This document shows, in pieces, positions 27,028-36,645 of a stretch of 64,000 bases of DNA. The first letter of the stretch is position 1; every line of letters starts with the position of its first letter. The notes below the pieces were generated by a model. That model was not told the origin of the DNA and searched no databases. It worked only from the letters and a program-made list of their open reading frames with translations. The translations under genes were made by a program, and so were the position numbers. The stretch comes from a virus. The DNA lies in the IMG/VR virus record IMGVR_UViG_3300006316_000001, positions 32,001 through 96,000 of that record; one strand, 5' to 3'.

Positions 27028-27411
27028 ATGGCATTGACATTGATACATGATAAGTTTAAAGTGCTTATTGATGGAATTACGGGAGGTGATGCATATCCTG
27101 TATTCATCCCTGAAGAAGCTTCATTTCCGGCATATATGTACTCGTTGGAAACGCTATCCCGCGATATCGAGAGTAACCTTCGTGATACCACAGTATCAGC
27201 TCACGTTTTTGGTGTACATGTTGTCGATAAGACATTCGCTGGTTGTCATGACCGAACGCAAAAACTTTTAGACGGCTTGGATCAGTACACTGAAGGATCT
27301 TCTGGATCTCTTTTGCTGGTTCTTGTTGAGGATGCTCAAGACGGGTTTGACCCTGATCTTGATGCATACACAAAGACACTCGTAGTTTCAGTACGAGTCA
27401 AGGAGATTTAA
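27028..27411 (+). CDS. Tail terminator protein (DUF3168-like)
   Basis: YP...PE...FP...Y; acidic; precedes tail tube. Confidence 0.7.
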   Translation: MALTLIHDKFKVLIDGITGGDAYPVFIPEEASFPAYMYSLETLSRDIESNLRDTTVSAHVFGVHVVDKTFAGCHDRTQKLLDGLDQYTEGSSGSLLLVLVEDAQDGFDPDLDAYTKTLVVSVRVKEI

Positions 27412-27412
27412 A

Positions 27413-27907
27413 ATGGCTTTAAAAGACATTTCTCTCGCAAACTTTACCACAGTATCATTCTTCGATCATGACGTTGGTAGTGGTGAGTTTGTTGAGATAG
27501 CAGAAGTGCAATCATTGACGCATCCCACGGATGAGCGAACAATTATTGAAGTTCCCGAGTTTGGAACTGATTATCCAACCAAGCGTGTTGGTTCGAGTTC
27601 AACGGGTAATGCTGAGGTTGTTGTTAACTTCAACCCTGCTGAACCGTCACATATTCGCATGCTCGAAATTTATGAGAAGCGTGCTCTTATGTTGTTCCGA
27701 ATCACAATCAACAGTGATAACGCTGGAACTGACAGTTCATTTTTCGAATTCAATGGACAAGTGGCATCGAAAACATCTTCAGGTGAATTTGACGCGATGA
27801 CTACATTGACATTCTCAATCACAGTTGATGGAAAATTGGGTGAGTGGGATACTCCACTTTCAACCCCTGCTCCAGATCCTGAACTTCCTGACGAAAATGC
27901 TCCATAA
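27413..27907 (+). CDS. Tail tube protein paralogue 1
   Basis: Siphophage tail-tube pattern (EI..VQSL..P, G.....G...VNFNP, F.G.V, TFSITVDG); Pro-rich C-terminal tail. Confidence 0.8.
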   Translation: MALKDISLANFTTVSFFDHDVGSGEFVEIAEVQSLTHPTDERTIIEVPEFGTDYPTKRVGSSSTGNAEVVVNFNPAEPSHIRMLEIYEKRALMLFRITINSDNAGTDSSFFEFNGQVASKTSSGEFDAMTTLTFSITVDGKLGEWDTPLSTPAPDPELPDENAP

Positions 27908-27915
27908 GGGGGAAA

Positions 27916-28371
27916 ATGATGGCAGGTTTAACTGACATTTCTATTGGTAACTTTACCAAGGTGTATTACAACACCGGAACAACAGCATCTCCTACATGGG
28001 TTGAGATTGAGCGCATTCAAAGCCTAACGCATCCAACAGATGAAAAGAATATCGTGGAAGTTCCTCGATACGGTAGTATCTACCCTACCAAATTGGCTGG
28101 TTCTGCCTCAACTGGTAATGCTGAGATTGTTGTTAACTTTAATCCTGATAATTCAACACATCAATACTTGCTTGCTTCATACAAAAATGGTAGTTCTGAA
28201 GAATTCAAGATTGAAGTGAATGAAGACATTGACGGTACAAACGGTTCATATTTCCGTTTCGCAGGTCAGGTTGCTTCTAAATCATCATCAGGTGAATTTG
28301 ATTCCATTACCACAATGACATTCTCATTATCTGTGAATGGCGCTATTGGTGATTGGACACCTAACGCTTAA
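27916..28371 (+). CDS. Tail tube protein paralogue 2
   Basis: Shares QSLTHPTDE, YPTK, STGNAE.VVNFNP, GQVASK.SSGEFD with paralogue 1. Confidence 0.8.
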   Translation: MMAGLTDISIGNFTKVYYNTGTTASPTWVEIERIQSLTHPTDEKNIVEVPRYGSIYPTKLAGSASTGNAEIVVNFNPDNSTHQYLLASYKNGSSEEFKIEVNEDIDGTNGSYFRFAGQVASKSSSGEFDSITTMTFSLSVNGAIGDWTPNA

Positions 28372-28426
28372 ACTTTGTACATTAACCCAACTTAACCGTT
28401 GGGTTATTTTCGATGAGGAAACCATC

Positions 28427-28723
28427 ATGAGTGATATTCGTGACCGCCTTTTGGCAATCAAAGACAAAATTCATAAAGTGGAAGTTGGCGGTGTTGTCGT
28501 CTACTTTAAGCACCTAAAATCATCAAACGCATCAACCATCATGAAGATGAAGGGCACTGACAGTGACTCGTTAATCTTCACTATGTGCGCTTGTGAAGAA
28601 TCTGGTGAACCATTATTCACATTGGAAGAGATTGACGTTGTCAAAGAACTTCCACAAAATATAGTCAAAGCTGTAGTTACAGGCGCAGTGATGGGCAATG
28701 AAAAAAAGCCGCTCGGAGCCTAA
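28427..28723 (+). CDS. Tail assembly chaperone (gpG-like)
   Basis: Between tail tube and TMP, GAGGA SD, ends at slippery site. Confidence 0.8.
   Translation: MSDIRDRLLAIKDKIHKVEVGGVVVYFKHLKSSNASTIMKMKGTDSDSLIFTMCACEESGEPLFTLEEIDVVKELPQNIVKAVVTGAVMGNEKKPLGA
28702..28708 (+). other. -1 programmed ribosomal frameshift site A AAA AAG giving gpGT-like fusion 28427..29160
   Basis: The -1 frame reads ..KAARSLIENPDRKF without a stop into the ORF at 28747. Confidence 0.88.
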
Positions 28724-28746
28724 TCGAAAACCCCGATAGGAAGTTT

Positions 28747-29160
28747 ATGCTCCAGTTGGCAATAGCTTGGGGTCAACCCCTTGAGTATATTGAGAACTTA
28801 CCCTTTGAGGTTCTATCGGAATTTAAAGCTCTCAATGCATGGAGTCCATTCACTCCTGAACGGCAAGCTCATCAGCTCGGTGCTATAGCATCAATGCTCT
28901 CACATAAGGTCTACAAGAAGGGAAAATCCGCTAGTGAACTTTTCACATATCTTCAAGATGGCGTTCCAAGCTTCATGGAAGATGAGAGGGTCTATAAGGC
29001 TCGTTCTCTAATTCGAAGTGCGGGTGACGCGCCAGCTCATATACGCGAACAACAATTAAAAACAATAAAGACCGCTATTGCAGAAGAATTGGAAATTGAG
29101 AATAACAGCGATGACCCAGACCTGTATGTAATTAGGCAATTGACTAAATTGATTAACTAG
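28747..29160 (+). CDS. Tail assembly chaperone, gpT-like frameshift extension
   Basis: LQLA..WG.P...I..L....L.EF pattern; reached by -1 frameshift. Confidence 0.8.
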   Translation: MLQLAIAWGQPLEYIENLPFEVLSEFKALNAWSPFTPERQAHQLGAIASMLSHKVYKKGKSASELFTYLQDGVPSFMEDERVYKARSLIRSAGDAPAHIREQQLKTIKTAIAEELEIENNSDDPDLYVIRQLTKLIN

Positions 29161-29170
29161 GAGATCAGAG

Positions 29171-31510
29171 ATGTCCCAAAATCTATCACAGGTCAATATT
29201 GTCCTGAATGCCAATAGTGCTGAGTATGTGAGAAAACTGGCGCAGACTCAGAAGAAAACAAACACTGAACTGAAGAAGATGGAGAAGTCGTACAACAAAC
29301 TTTCTTCAGCTATTAGTCCAGTGACATCCACAGCATTAGCTGCAGGTGCCGCATTACTCAGCGTGGCTGAAAATGCCAGACAAAATGCAGTTGAGTTGGA
29401 ACGGAGCGCCTACGCTGCTGGTTTGACGGTTCCTGAATTTCAGGCAATGTCGCTCGCAGTTAAAACTGTTGGCATCAATACTGAGCAGTTGGGTTCGATT
29501 CTTGGTGACACCGAAGAGAAAGTTGCTGACTTCCTAACATCAGGTGGTGGTGGGTTTTTGGACTTTGTTGAGGTCATGGGTTTCACAAAAGAAGAAGCTC
29601 GTGAAGTTGCCAAAGAACTCCAAGGTCTTTCCGGACGAGACGTTTTAGTTGAGATGACTCGGCGAATGGAAGAGGCTGGCGTATCTGGTGAGAAAATGAA
29701 TTTAGCCCTAGAGGGTATGGCTTCAGATTCCCGCCACCTAATTCCGCTATTACGAGATAATGGTAGAGAATTGGAAACCATGGAAAAGCGCATGGGGTCT
29801 TTGGCTACAACTCTTGAAGAAGAGACTGTTGATGAACTGAACAAACTGGCGACTGTTACGACCATTGTTGCTAATAACATGTCCAACACACTAGCTACCG
29901 CGCTTGTTTCTGTTTCAGATTACTTGCTTGAAGCTGGTGAGAATGCTGCATTCTTTTGGGCTAGTCTACAGACAGGAACTTCGCAACAAGTTCTTTCTGA
30001 TATGGCAACTGTTTCTGACCAAATGAATGCAATCAAACGCGAGATTGGTGAACTTGAGGATGGTAATACATTTGCCAACTTCATAGGTCAGGGTGACGAA
30101 CAGATAGAAAAGCGTTTGGACCGTCTTGCTGAACTTGAGGTTGAGTATAAGAAATTGTCCGACCAGTACAAGTCACTCCAAGGTCTGGAAGTTCCTGAGC
30201 TACCTAGTGGTACAATTGAGGTCGACACTGTCATCAATCCACCGGAGCCTAAAACTCAATTCGATAAAGACCTTGAGAAAAAGGCTGGTGATATATCTAT
30301 GTCCAGCGGTTCATTACTTGGAGCGATCTCTCAAGAAGAAATCGAAGCCAGTAATAAACTCATGGAAGAAGAGATGAAGAAGTTGCAACAATACTCTTCT
30401 GACCTCAAAGATCTTTCTAATGAAAATGCGTTGAATCGAGCACTGATGGGTGGAAACCCTGATGAGATTCTTTCAGCGAAGAATGACCTTCTCAATAGCT
30501 CAATGCAACAAGAGATTGATTCTCTTGATAAGAGCCTGATGACCACTGAGCAGTATGAGGCTAATAAATCTGCCATTGAAGAGAAGTATCGCATACAACG
30601 TTCAGAACTGGCTCAAAGGGATAGTGATGAGCGTATGACGATCATGGAAGAAGAGATCCTGAAAATGGAACAATACTCTTCTGACCTTCAAGCGTTGACT
30701 CAGCAAAATGACCTTTCGCGTGCCATTATAGGTGGTAATCCTGAAGAGATTATTGCTGCCAAGGATGCTCTTCTTGAAACCTCAATGCAACAAGAGATTG
30801 ATTCTCTTGACCAGAGACTGATGACTACTGAACAGTTTGAAGCCAATAAAGCTGCCATTGAAGATAAGTACCGTCTGGCGAAACAGCAAGCTGATAAAGA
30901 TGCTGCTCAAAAGAAACATGATTTGGACAAAGCTTATCAGGACATGGAACTCACGGTTGCTAAGACTACCGTTGATAGTCTGGGGCAGATCAATAGCATC
31001 ATGGGTGAAGATAACCAAGTTCTCAATGCTGCTTTATTCGCGGCACAACAAGTTCTGGCAATCGCTCAGGTTACTATAGATACACAACGCGCTAGTATGG
31101 CGGCATTGGCCATTGACCCGACGGGTTTACTTTCAGCCAAAGCAGAGATGCAAGGTTCTATTGCGTTGGGTATAATTGGTGCGACATCTGTTGCTAAAGC
31201 AGCATCAGGTCAATTCCACGGTGGTATTGATGAACTTCCACAATCAATGGACAACAAATCATTTATGTTGAAAGCTGGTGAGCGTGTTGTTCAACCAAAA
31301 GCCAATGAAGAGTTGACTGAGTTCTTAGGTGCGCAGAAAGAGAATGGCTACCAGTCTGGTGGTCAACAAGTCATAAACGCACCACTGACCATTAATGGTT
31401 CAGTTACAGACGAAGCTTGGTTCAACAAAAAGCTTGTACAGCACCGCAACACAATAGCGGCTTCTGTTAAGAAAGTTGAGAAAGAGCGACCAAATAAATC
31501 TAGACGATAA
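29171..31510 (+). CDS. Tape measure protein
   Basis: N-terminal LNANSAEY, long helical Ala/Glu-rich body, C-terminal GQFHGG..LKAGERV. Confidence 0.92.
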   Translation: MSQNLSQVNIVLNANSAEYVRKLAQTQKKTNTELKKMEKSYNKLSSAISPVTSTALAAGAALLSVAENARQNAVELERSAYAAGLTVPEFQAMSLAVKTVGINTEQLGSILGDTEEKVADFLTSGGGGFLDFVEVMGFTKEEAREVAKELQGLSGRDVLVEMTRRMEEAGVSGEKMNLALEGMASDSRHLIPLLRDNGRELETMEKRMGSLATTLEEETVDELNKLATVTTIVANNMSNTLATALVSVSDYLLEAGENAAFFWASLQTGTSQQVLSDMATVSDQMNAIKREIGELEDGNTFANFIGQGDEQIEKRLDRLAELEVEYKKLSDQYKSLQGLEVPELPSGTIEVDTVINPPEPKTQFDKDLEKKAGDISMSSGSLLGAISQEEIEASNKLMEEEMKKLQQYSSDLKDLSNENALNRALMGGNPDEILSAKNDLLNSSMQQEIDSLDKSLMTTEQYEANKSAIEEKYRIQRSELAQRDSDERMTIMEEEILKMEQYSSDLQALTQQNDLSRAIIGGNPEEIIAAKDALLETSMQQEIDSLDQRLMTTEQFEANKAAIEDKYRLAKQQADKDAAQKKHDLDKAYQDMELTVAKTTVDSLGQINSIMGEDNQVLNAALFAAQQVLAIAQVTIDTQRASMAALAIDPTGLLSAKAEMQGSIALGIIGATSVAKAASGQFHGGIDELPQSMDNKSFMLKAGERVVQPKANEELTEFLGAQKENGYQSGGQQVINAPLTINGSVTDEAWFNKKLVQHRNTIAASVKKVEKERPNKSRR

Positions 31511-31530
31511 TATCTCCAAAGGAGGAGACT

Positions 31531-32118
31531 ATGGCTGATAATACACTTCCAGACAATCTGGTTTTCTCCGATGTTGTTTTGGACATTTTTATTCCGACTT
31601 TCACATCAGAAAGTTTGAGTCTGAAGAAAAGCAGTAAGCACCGTGGATTGCACAAATTGTCGGGATCAATCGATGTTACGATAGGCGGCTTAGACGAACA
31701 GCGAGCGTACATTGCATTCATCAATAAATGTCGTGGACAAAGCGCAACGTTCGAACTTGATTTGCCGTTACACTTTAGTAACGATGGTATTGTCGGTGTC
31801 GTCCAAACAACAGCATCATCGGGAGTTGGTGCTGTTGAACTTCAATTGGGTGCAACATTTTCCGGCTTTATACGAGCGGGTTCCATGTTCACTATTCTGA
31901 ACGACGATAAGACGTATGTTGTGGAAGAAGATGTTTTGGCTGGTGGAATAATGAAGTTCTTCCCTGCCATGCGCCTAGCTCATCCAACTGGCACTGTTAT
32001 CGAGGTTCGTGAACCTAAGATAACCGCGCGATTCGATGTTGATAAGCAATCTTTGAGCTTCACAGATCAGGGACAAATTGTCACTCATACCATCAAATGG
32101 GAGGAAGCGTTGAAATGA
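31531..32118 (+). CDS. Distal tail protein (Dit-like)
   Basis: Follows TMP; ..CRGQ..F, FFPAMR, terminal WEEAL. Confidence 0.7.
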   Translation: MADNTLPDNLVFSDVVLDIFIPTFTSESLSLKKSSKHRGLHKLSGSIDVTIGGLDEQRAYIAFINKCRGQSATFELDLPLHFSNDGIVGVVQTTASSGVGAVELQLGATFSGFIRAGSMFTILNDDKTYVVEEDVLAGGIMKFFPAMRLAHPTGTVIEVREPKITARFDVDKQSLSFTDQGQIVTHTIKWEEALK

Positions 32119-32981
32119 TAGAATATCTAAACACGCAAATTACCATCGGAACTGACGGTGGTGTGAACTTCGGATATGACAGTTTAGAGCCATATGGTAA
32201 CATTACTGATGCGACATTTGGGCAATCTACCGTCACTCGAATCATAAATACTGTCGATGGTGTTTGGCAATTGTATCTGACTGACAATCAATATGCCGGA
32301 ACATTACCTGACCGATTGACCCTCACTGTCAACAGGAATAATAAAATTGTTGTTACGCGAACCAGTAATGCGGTTTGGCAATCTTCAGACCCAGATACTA
32401 CACTTGTGGGACTTGGTTTCGGTGCGACAGCACAAATAGCCGTTCATGTTGATGCCATCAATATTGTTATGATTGACCTAGACCTTACCAGAAATGGTGG
32501 ACGGGTATTTAGGCTCGCGTCTTCAGCTCATGACGTGCAATGGAATGGTTACACATACCAAGCTGTGGGTGACCTTCTTGATGTTGAAGGTTTAGACGAA
32601 ACTGCTGATCTGACATCAATTGGTACCACTATAGGCTTGAATGGTGTTGATCCGGCATATCGTGCTGAGATTGATTCCAATGCGTTTCTTCGTGCGCCAA
32701 TTGACATCATGATAGGTACATTGCCTGAAGGTGGTGACCAAGTTCTTGATTCACAATATTGGCATCGCGGAACATGTGATACGCCAAACACTGTAATTGA
32801 CTATTCGTCAGACCCAGCAACTATGAGAATTGAGGTATCCACTCAATCAATATTCGGGAACTTGGATAAGGTTCCGGATCTATGTAGAACATCTCAAGGC
32901 TCGCATTCTTCGAGACATCCTGGAGATTTATTCTTTTCGAAAGTTGCGTCAATTTCTCAAGAAGAAGTTTGGAGGACATGA
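32115..32981 (+). CDS. Minor tail / baseplate hub protein (gpL/DUF2163-like)
   Basis: WNGYTYQAVG.L, C-terminal HPGDLFF..V; synteny. Confidence 0.65.
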   Translation: MIEYLNTQITIGTDGGVNFGYDSLEPYGNITDATFGQSTVTRIINTVDGVWQLYLTDNQYAGTLPDRLTLTVNRNNKIVVTRTSNAVWQSSDPDTTLVGLGFGATAQIAVHVDAINIVMIDLDLTRNGGRVFRLASSAHDVQWNGYTYQAVGDLLDVEGLDETADLTSIGTTIGLNGVDPAYRAEIDSNAFLRAPIDIMIGTLPEGGDQVLDSQYWHRGTCDTPNTVIDYSSDPATMRIEVSTQSIFGNLDKVPDLCRTSQGSHSSRHPGDLFFSKVASISQEEVWRT

Positions 32982-33364
32982 TGGATAAGAAACAAATATT
33001 CGACCACCTTCGACCTTTACTTGGGCAGAAATTGGAGTATGGGGTTAACGATTGTAACCTAGTATTCTTAGAACTATTCTACCCAGAAATGGCCGATGCA
33101 ATTCGGGGTAGATACAAAACTGAGCGTGGTGGTTTTTCCGTAGCCAAGAGAGAATTTGGGTACGCGAACGTCGGTCAATTATTAGACGACTATGATGAAT
33201 GGGAAGAAATTGATAATTCCTTCGCTTCATTTGGTGACGTGTTGTTCAGAATAAAATCTGTGTCTATATGTCTTGGTGATAAGACATTCAGCTTTGATGC
33301 TGATGGCTTCAAACTTATATCGACTAATCGTTTGGTTGGTACATTATATAGAAAGGTGAAGTGA
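32978..33364 (+). CDS. NlpC/P60-like tail assembly protein
   Basis: YGVNDC, RGRYKT, FGDV motifs. Confidence 0.7.
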   Translation: MMDKKQIFDHLRPLLGQKLEYGVNDCNLVFLELFYPEMADAIRGRYKTERGGFSVAKREFGYANVGQLLDDYDEWEEIDNSFASFGDVLFRIKSVSICLGDKTFSFDADGFKLISTNRLVGTLYRKVK

Positions 33365-36300
33365 TGGAAGCAGGTACTATTGCTCTGATATCATTAGTGC
33401 TGTCCGCAGCTAGTGCTATCTATGCCATGACCCTAAATCTTGACACTGATGATCAGGATGATAACGGTTCCACGATAAATAAATCGGGAACATCTGCGAG
33501 TCGCAATCCAGTCTATGGTACTTGTCGAACTGGTGCTGTTCCCGTTTACAATAATGTTTCTGACGCAAGTCAGTCACAGCTTCTTAATGTGTTCGCTTGT
33601 GGTATTGGTGTTACACATGTTAAACAGATTTATATTGATGATGTGCAAGTGCTTACTGATGATGGTATGTACCGAGAATCTGGCACAAACATCAACCAAC
33701 TCCGCTTCAGCGGATCAAGCCTAGCTAACGGCTTCGAGAAACAGTGTGAAGTGCAAATTCGCGCTGGGTTGGATACTGGTATTCCATTGGGTCTTGCTGT
33801 AGAATTTGGTGATGGCGAGTTCACTACGGACTTTCGCGGTGACCGAGTTTGTGCTATGGCCATAAAGTCCCAACGTATCATAGATGATCAAGGCATTCGT
33901 ATAATGTCTGATAATTTCGAGGTTAATCTCCTTGTTGATGGTTTACCCCTATATGATCCTCGCTTCAACACAGAACCATCAGAGAAACAGTTTGAGCATG
34001 GTAATTCAGTTCCTGCAGGGAACCGTGAGTGTGGTCGAAATCCCGCTCTTGCTGCATTGGACTACCTTACTGATGACTACTATGGTATGGCTATCCCGTT
34101 CGAATACATTAATGTTGAATCGTTCGGTGAATGTGCTAACTGGTGTGACTCTAATGGATTCCGTATCGACGGTCAGATTGATAGCTCTGGTGCATTCTCT
34201 AAAGCCCTGAAGGGTATTGTTGATTGTGCTGGTCTAATCTTAACCATTGAGAATGGTCAAATACACTGTCACTATGAAGATGCTGTTTTGGCTCCTAGTG
34301 CTAGCTTTGACCACGATAACATCATTAACGGTAGCCTTAGTGTCGAAGAAGCTAACTCAAGCTCATACTACAATGTGATTGAGGTTGAGTACAAGAACAG
34401 TGAATTGAATGATGATCAGGACGTGTATACGATTCCTGCTAACACTCAAACTGACCCAACAATCGCAAATGATGGGTTCATCAATTCGAGTACCTTATCT
34501 CTACCATTCGTTCGTATGTCCGGTTCAGAATCCAATAGTATAGATTCGCAGGTCAAGAAGTTGGCCAACCGAGAGTTAAAGCGAGGGCAGTTCTTACGGA
34601 AAGTTTCATTCGATACCGACCTGTGGGAAAATCCGGTTCAGATTTATGACGTCATTGCAGTTTCAGATGAGAATCTGGGATGGGGTCCAACTGAGACGAA
34701 CCCTTCTAATCCTCCTAAGTTGTTTCGAATTACAGACATCAATAAGTCTTTGTCAGATGAACAGGGTATATCTATCGCAACTCTTTCTTGTGTTGAGTAT
34801 GATGATAGTGTGTACTCGGGTACTATTGATGGTACTGACCCAAGTAAACCAGTTCCGAAACCGAACATAAGTGCACCTGTAGGGTTGAGCTTTGATCTGT
34901 ATGATTATGTTACTGACGGGTATGGTACGTTTTCTTGGAAACGAACTTGGTTCGAGACTGAGTGTGATTACATTGTCGATTACAAGCGCACCAATGATGT
35001 TGGTTGGACTCGTTTGGGTAGAACCAAAGACACTGAGTGGAAGGTTAGTAGACTCCAGCCTGATAGTTATGACTTCAGAGTTGCGACAAATTCTAATTTA
35101 TATGGCACTAGTGACTTCAACGCATTGACTGGAATTGTGATATCTCCATTAGGTACATTGCCTGATGTGACTGGCGCAACTGCTGAATTCTCTGGTGTGA
35201 ACTGTGAGTTATTCTGGGATGATATGTTAGGTGAGCCTGTTACTGGTTATCCTGATAGTCCTGAATCTGGTAAGCGTGTCGTTGGTGACATATTCAGTCA
35301 TTATCGCGTTAGTATCTTTGATGATGGTAATGACCTTCTCAGAGTAATCCAAGCTTCGACGAATGAGTATCTGTATACATACCAACAGAACATTGTTGAT
35401 GGTACTAACCGTACTATCCGCGCTGAGATTGAGATTGTGTCATTGGACGGCACATCTAGTTTAGTGGACCCGACAACAAGTGCGGTAACAGTGACAAACC
35501 CGCAGTGCGTTCAGCCCACTATTAGGTATGAGAACACTGCATTAAGTACGACTGTTATTGAGTGGGATCCGCCACCGGAATTAAATGATGATTACCGCAT
35601 CACCAAAATCTATTCCAGTACGGATTCAGGATTTACGCCTATTGATGCGCCACCTCCAACGGGTAATCTTATTGCTGAGCAGGTTGGTACAGTCTTCACT
35701 CGAGTGTGGGATGACGAAGATAATCACTATATTCGTTTAGCGCACGTTGACGTATTCGACAATTCAAATCAAAAATATACTGGTGAGATTCTAGCGAAAC
35801 CTAGCCAAATAGAATTGCCGATAGATAATCGGTTTGCTGAGATACGAAATCCTGATGGAGCGCAAGGTCCAGAACAGGTATTGAAAGCTGCTGATGGGTC
35901 ATTCGTTTCTGCCATTGGTTTGTTTGCTGATGAAGAAACTGAAGACACCACAGTATTGATAGCTGCAGAGAAAGTTCTATTCGGTGTTGGTGGTCGTCCG
36001 TATTGGAGTTCTAGTGAGAGCTATAGTGTTGGTGACCGTGTCTTATTCGTTTGGGGTTCTGATCCAATTACTGATACTGGTTATTTCGAAGCTTTGAAAG
36101 CCAGCGTCAATGCACCACCAACCCTCAACGGTAATGCCAATTGGAGAATGTATCAATCTAATGTGAACCAATCAGTGTTTGCTGTTCAGGATGATGGTAG
36201 GGTTCTGATTCGTAATGCTGTCATTGAAGACCTCAATGGTGGTAAGATTACAGTCGGAACTTTGCACGGTGATAGAATAATCGCCAACACCATTCAGGGC

Positions 36301-36645
36301 AATCAGATAAGCTCGGCAACAACCATCATTGCTGGTTCTGGGTCATCTCAAGCTGGTATGAATGGTGATGATGTCACTAATGCCGCTTATTCTGGATGGA
36401 GATTCTGGGCTGGTAGTTCTACTCCAAGCGCAGCTCCATTCAGGGTGACATATTCTGGTGCCACCTATATGACTAATGCTACAATCACTGGTGGTTCTCT
36501 GAACGTTAATGGTAAATTCATTGTTCAATCTAACGGAACAACTACAATAAAATCCGCATCTTCTGGATCACGTCTCGTAATGAGTGGTGATCGTTTGGAA
36601 GTCTATGAGGGTTCCACATTAAGAGTTAGAATTGGGAGATTATAA
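33364..36645 (+). CDS. Tail tip / central fibre protein (gpJ-like) with FN3-like domains
   Basis: PVYG, LYDPR, NPAL..LDYL...YG, FN3-like YDFRV, C-terminal RVRIGRL. Confidence 0.88.
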   Translation: MEAGTIALISLVLSAASAIYAMTLNLDTDDQDDNGSTINKSGTSASRNPVYGTCRTGAVPVYNNVSDASQSQLLNVFACGIGVTHVKQIYIDDVQVLTDDGMYRESGTNINQLRFSGSSLANGFEKQCEVQIRAGLDTGIPLGLAVEFGDGEFTTDFRGDRVCAMAIKSQRIIDDQGIRIMSDNFEVNLLVDGLPLYDPRFNTEPSEKQFEHGNSVPAGNRECGRNPALAALDYLTDDYYGMAIPFEYINVESFGECANWCDSNGFRIDGQIDSSGAFSKALKGIVDCAGLILTIENGQIHCHYEDAVLAPSASFDHDNIINGSLSVEEANSSSYYNVIEVEYKNSELNDDQDVYTIPANTQTDPTIANDGFINSSTLSLPFVRMSGSESNSIDSQVKKLANRELKRGQFLRKVSFDTDLWENPVQIYDVIAVSDENLGWGPTETNPSNPPKLFRITDINKSLSDEQGISIATLSCVEYDDSVYSGTIDGTDPSKPVPKPNISAPVGLSFDLYDYVTDGYGTFSWKRTWFETECDYIVDYKRTNDVGWTRLGRTKDTEWKVSRLQPDSYDFRVATNSNLYGTSDFNALTGIVISPLGTLPDVTGATAEFSGVNCELFWDDMLGEPVTGYPDSPESGKRVVGDIFSHYRVSIFDDGNDLLRVIQASTNEYLYTYQQNIVDGTNRTIRAEIEIVSLDGTSSLVDPTTSAVTVTNPQCVQPTIRYENTALSTTVIEWDPPPELNDDYRITKIYSSTDSGFTPIDAPPPTGNLIAEQVGTVFTRVWDDEDNHYIRLAHVDVFDNSNQKYTGEILAKPSQIELPIDNRFAEIRNPDGAQGPEQVLKAADGSFVSAIGLFADEETEDTTVLIAAEKVLFGVGGRPYWSSSESYSVGDRVLFVWGSDPITDTGYFEALKASVNAPPTLNGNANWRMYQSNVNQSVFAVQDDGRVLIRNAVIEDLNGGKITVGTLHGDRIIANTIQGNQISSATTIIAGSGSSQAGMNGDDVTNAAYSGWRFWAGSSTPSAAPFRVTYSGATYMTNATITGGSLNVNGKFIVQSNGTTTIKSASSGSRLVMSGDRLEVYEGSTLRVRIGRL

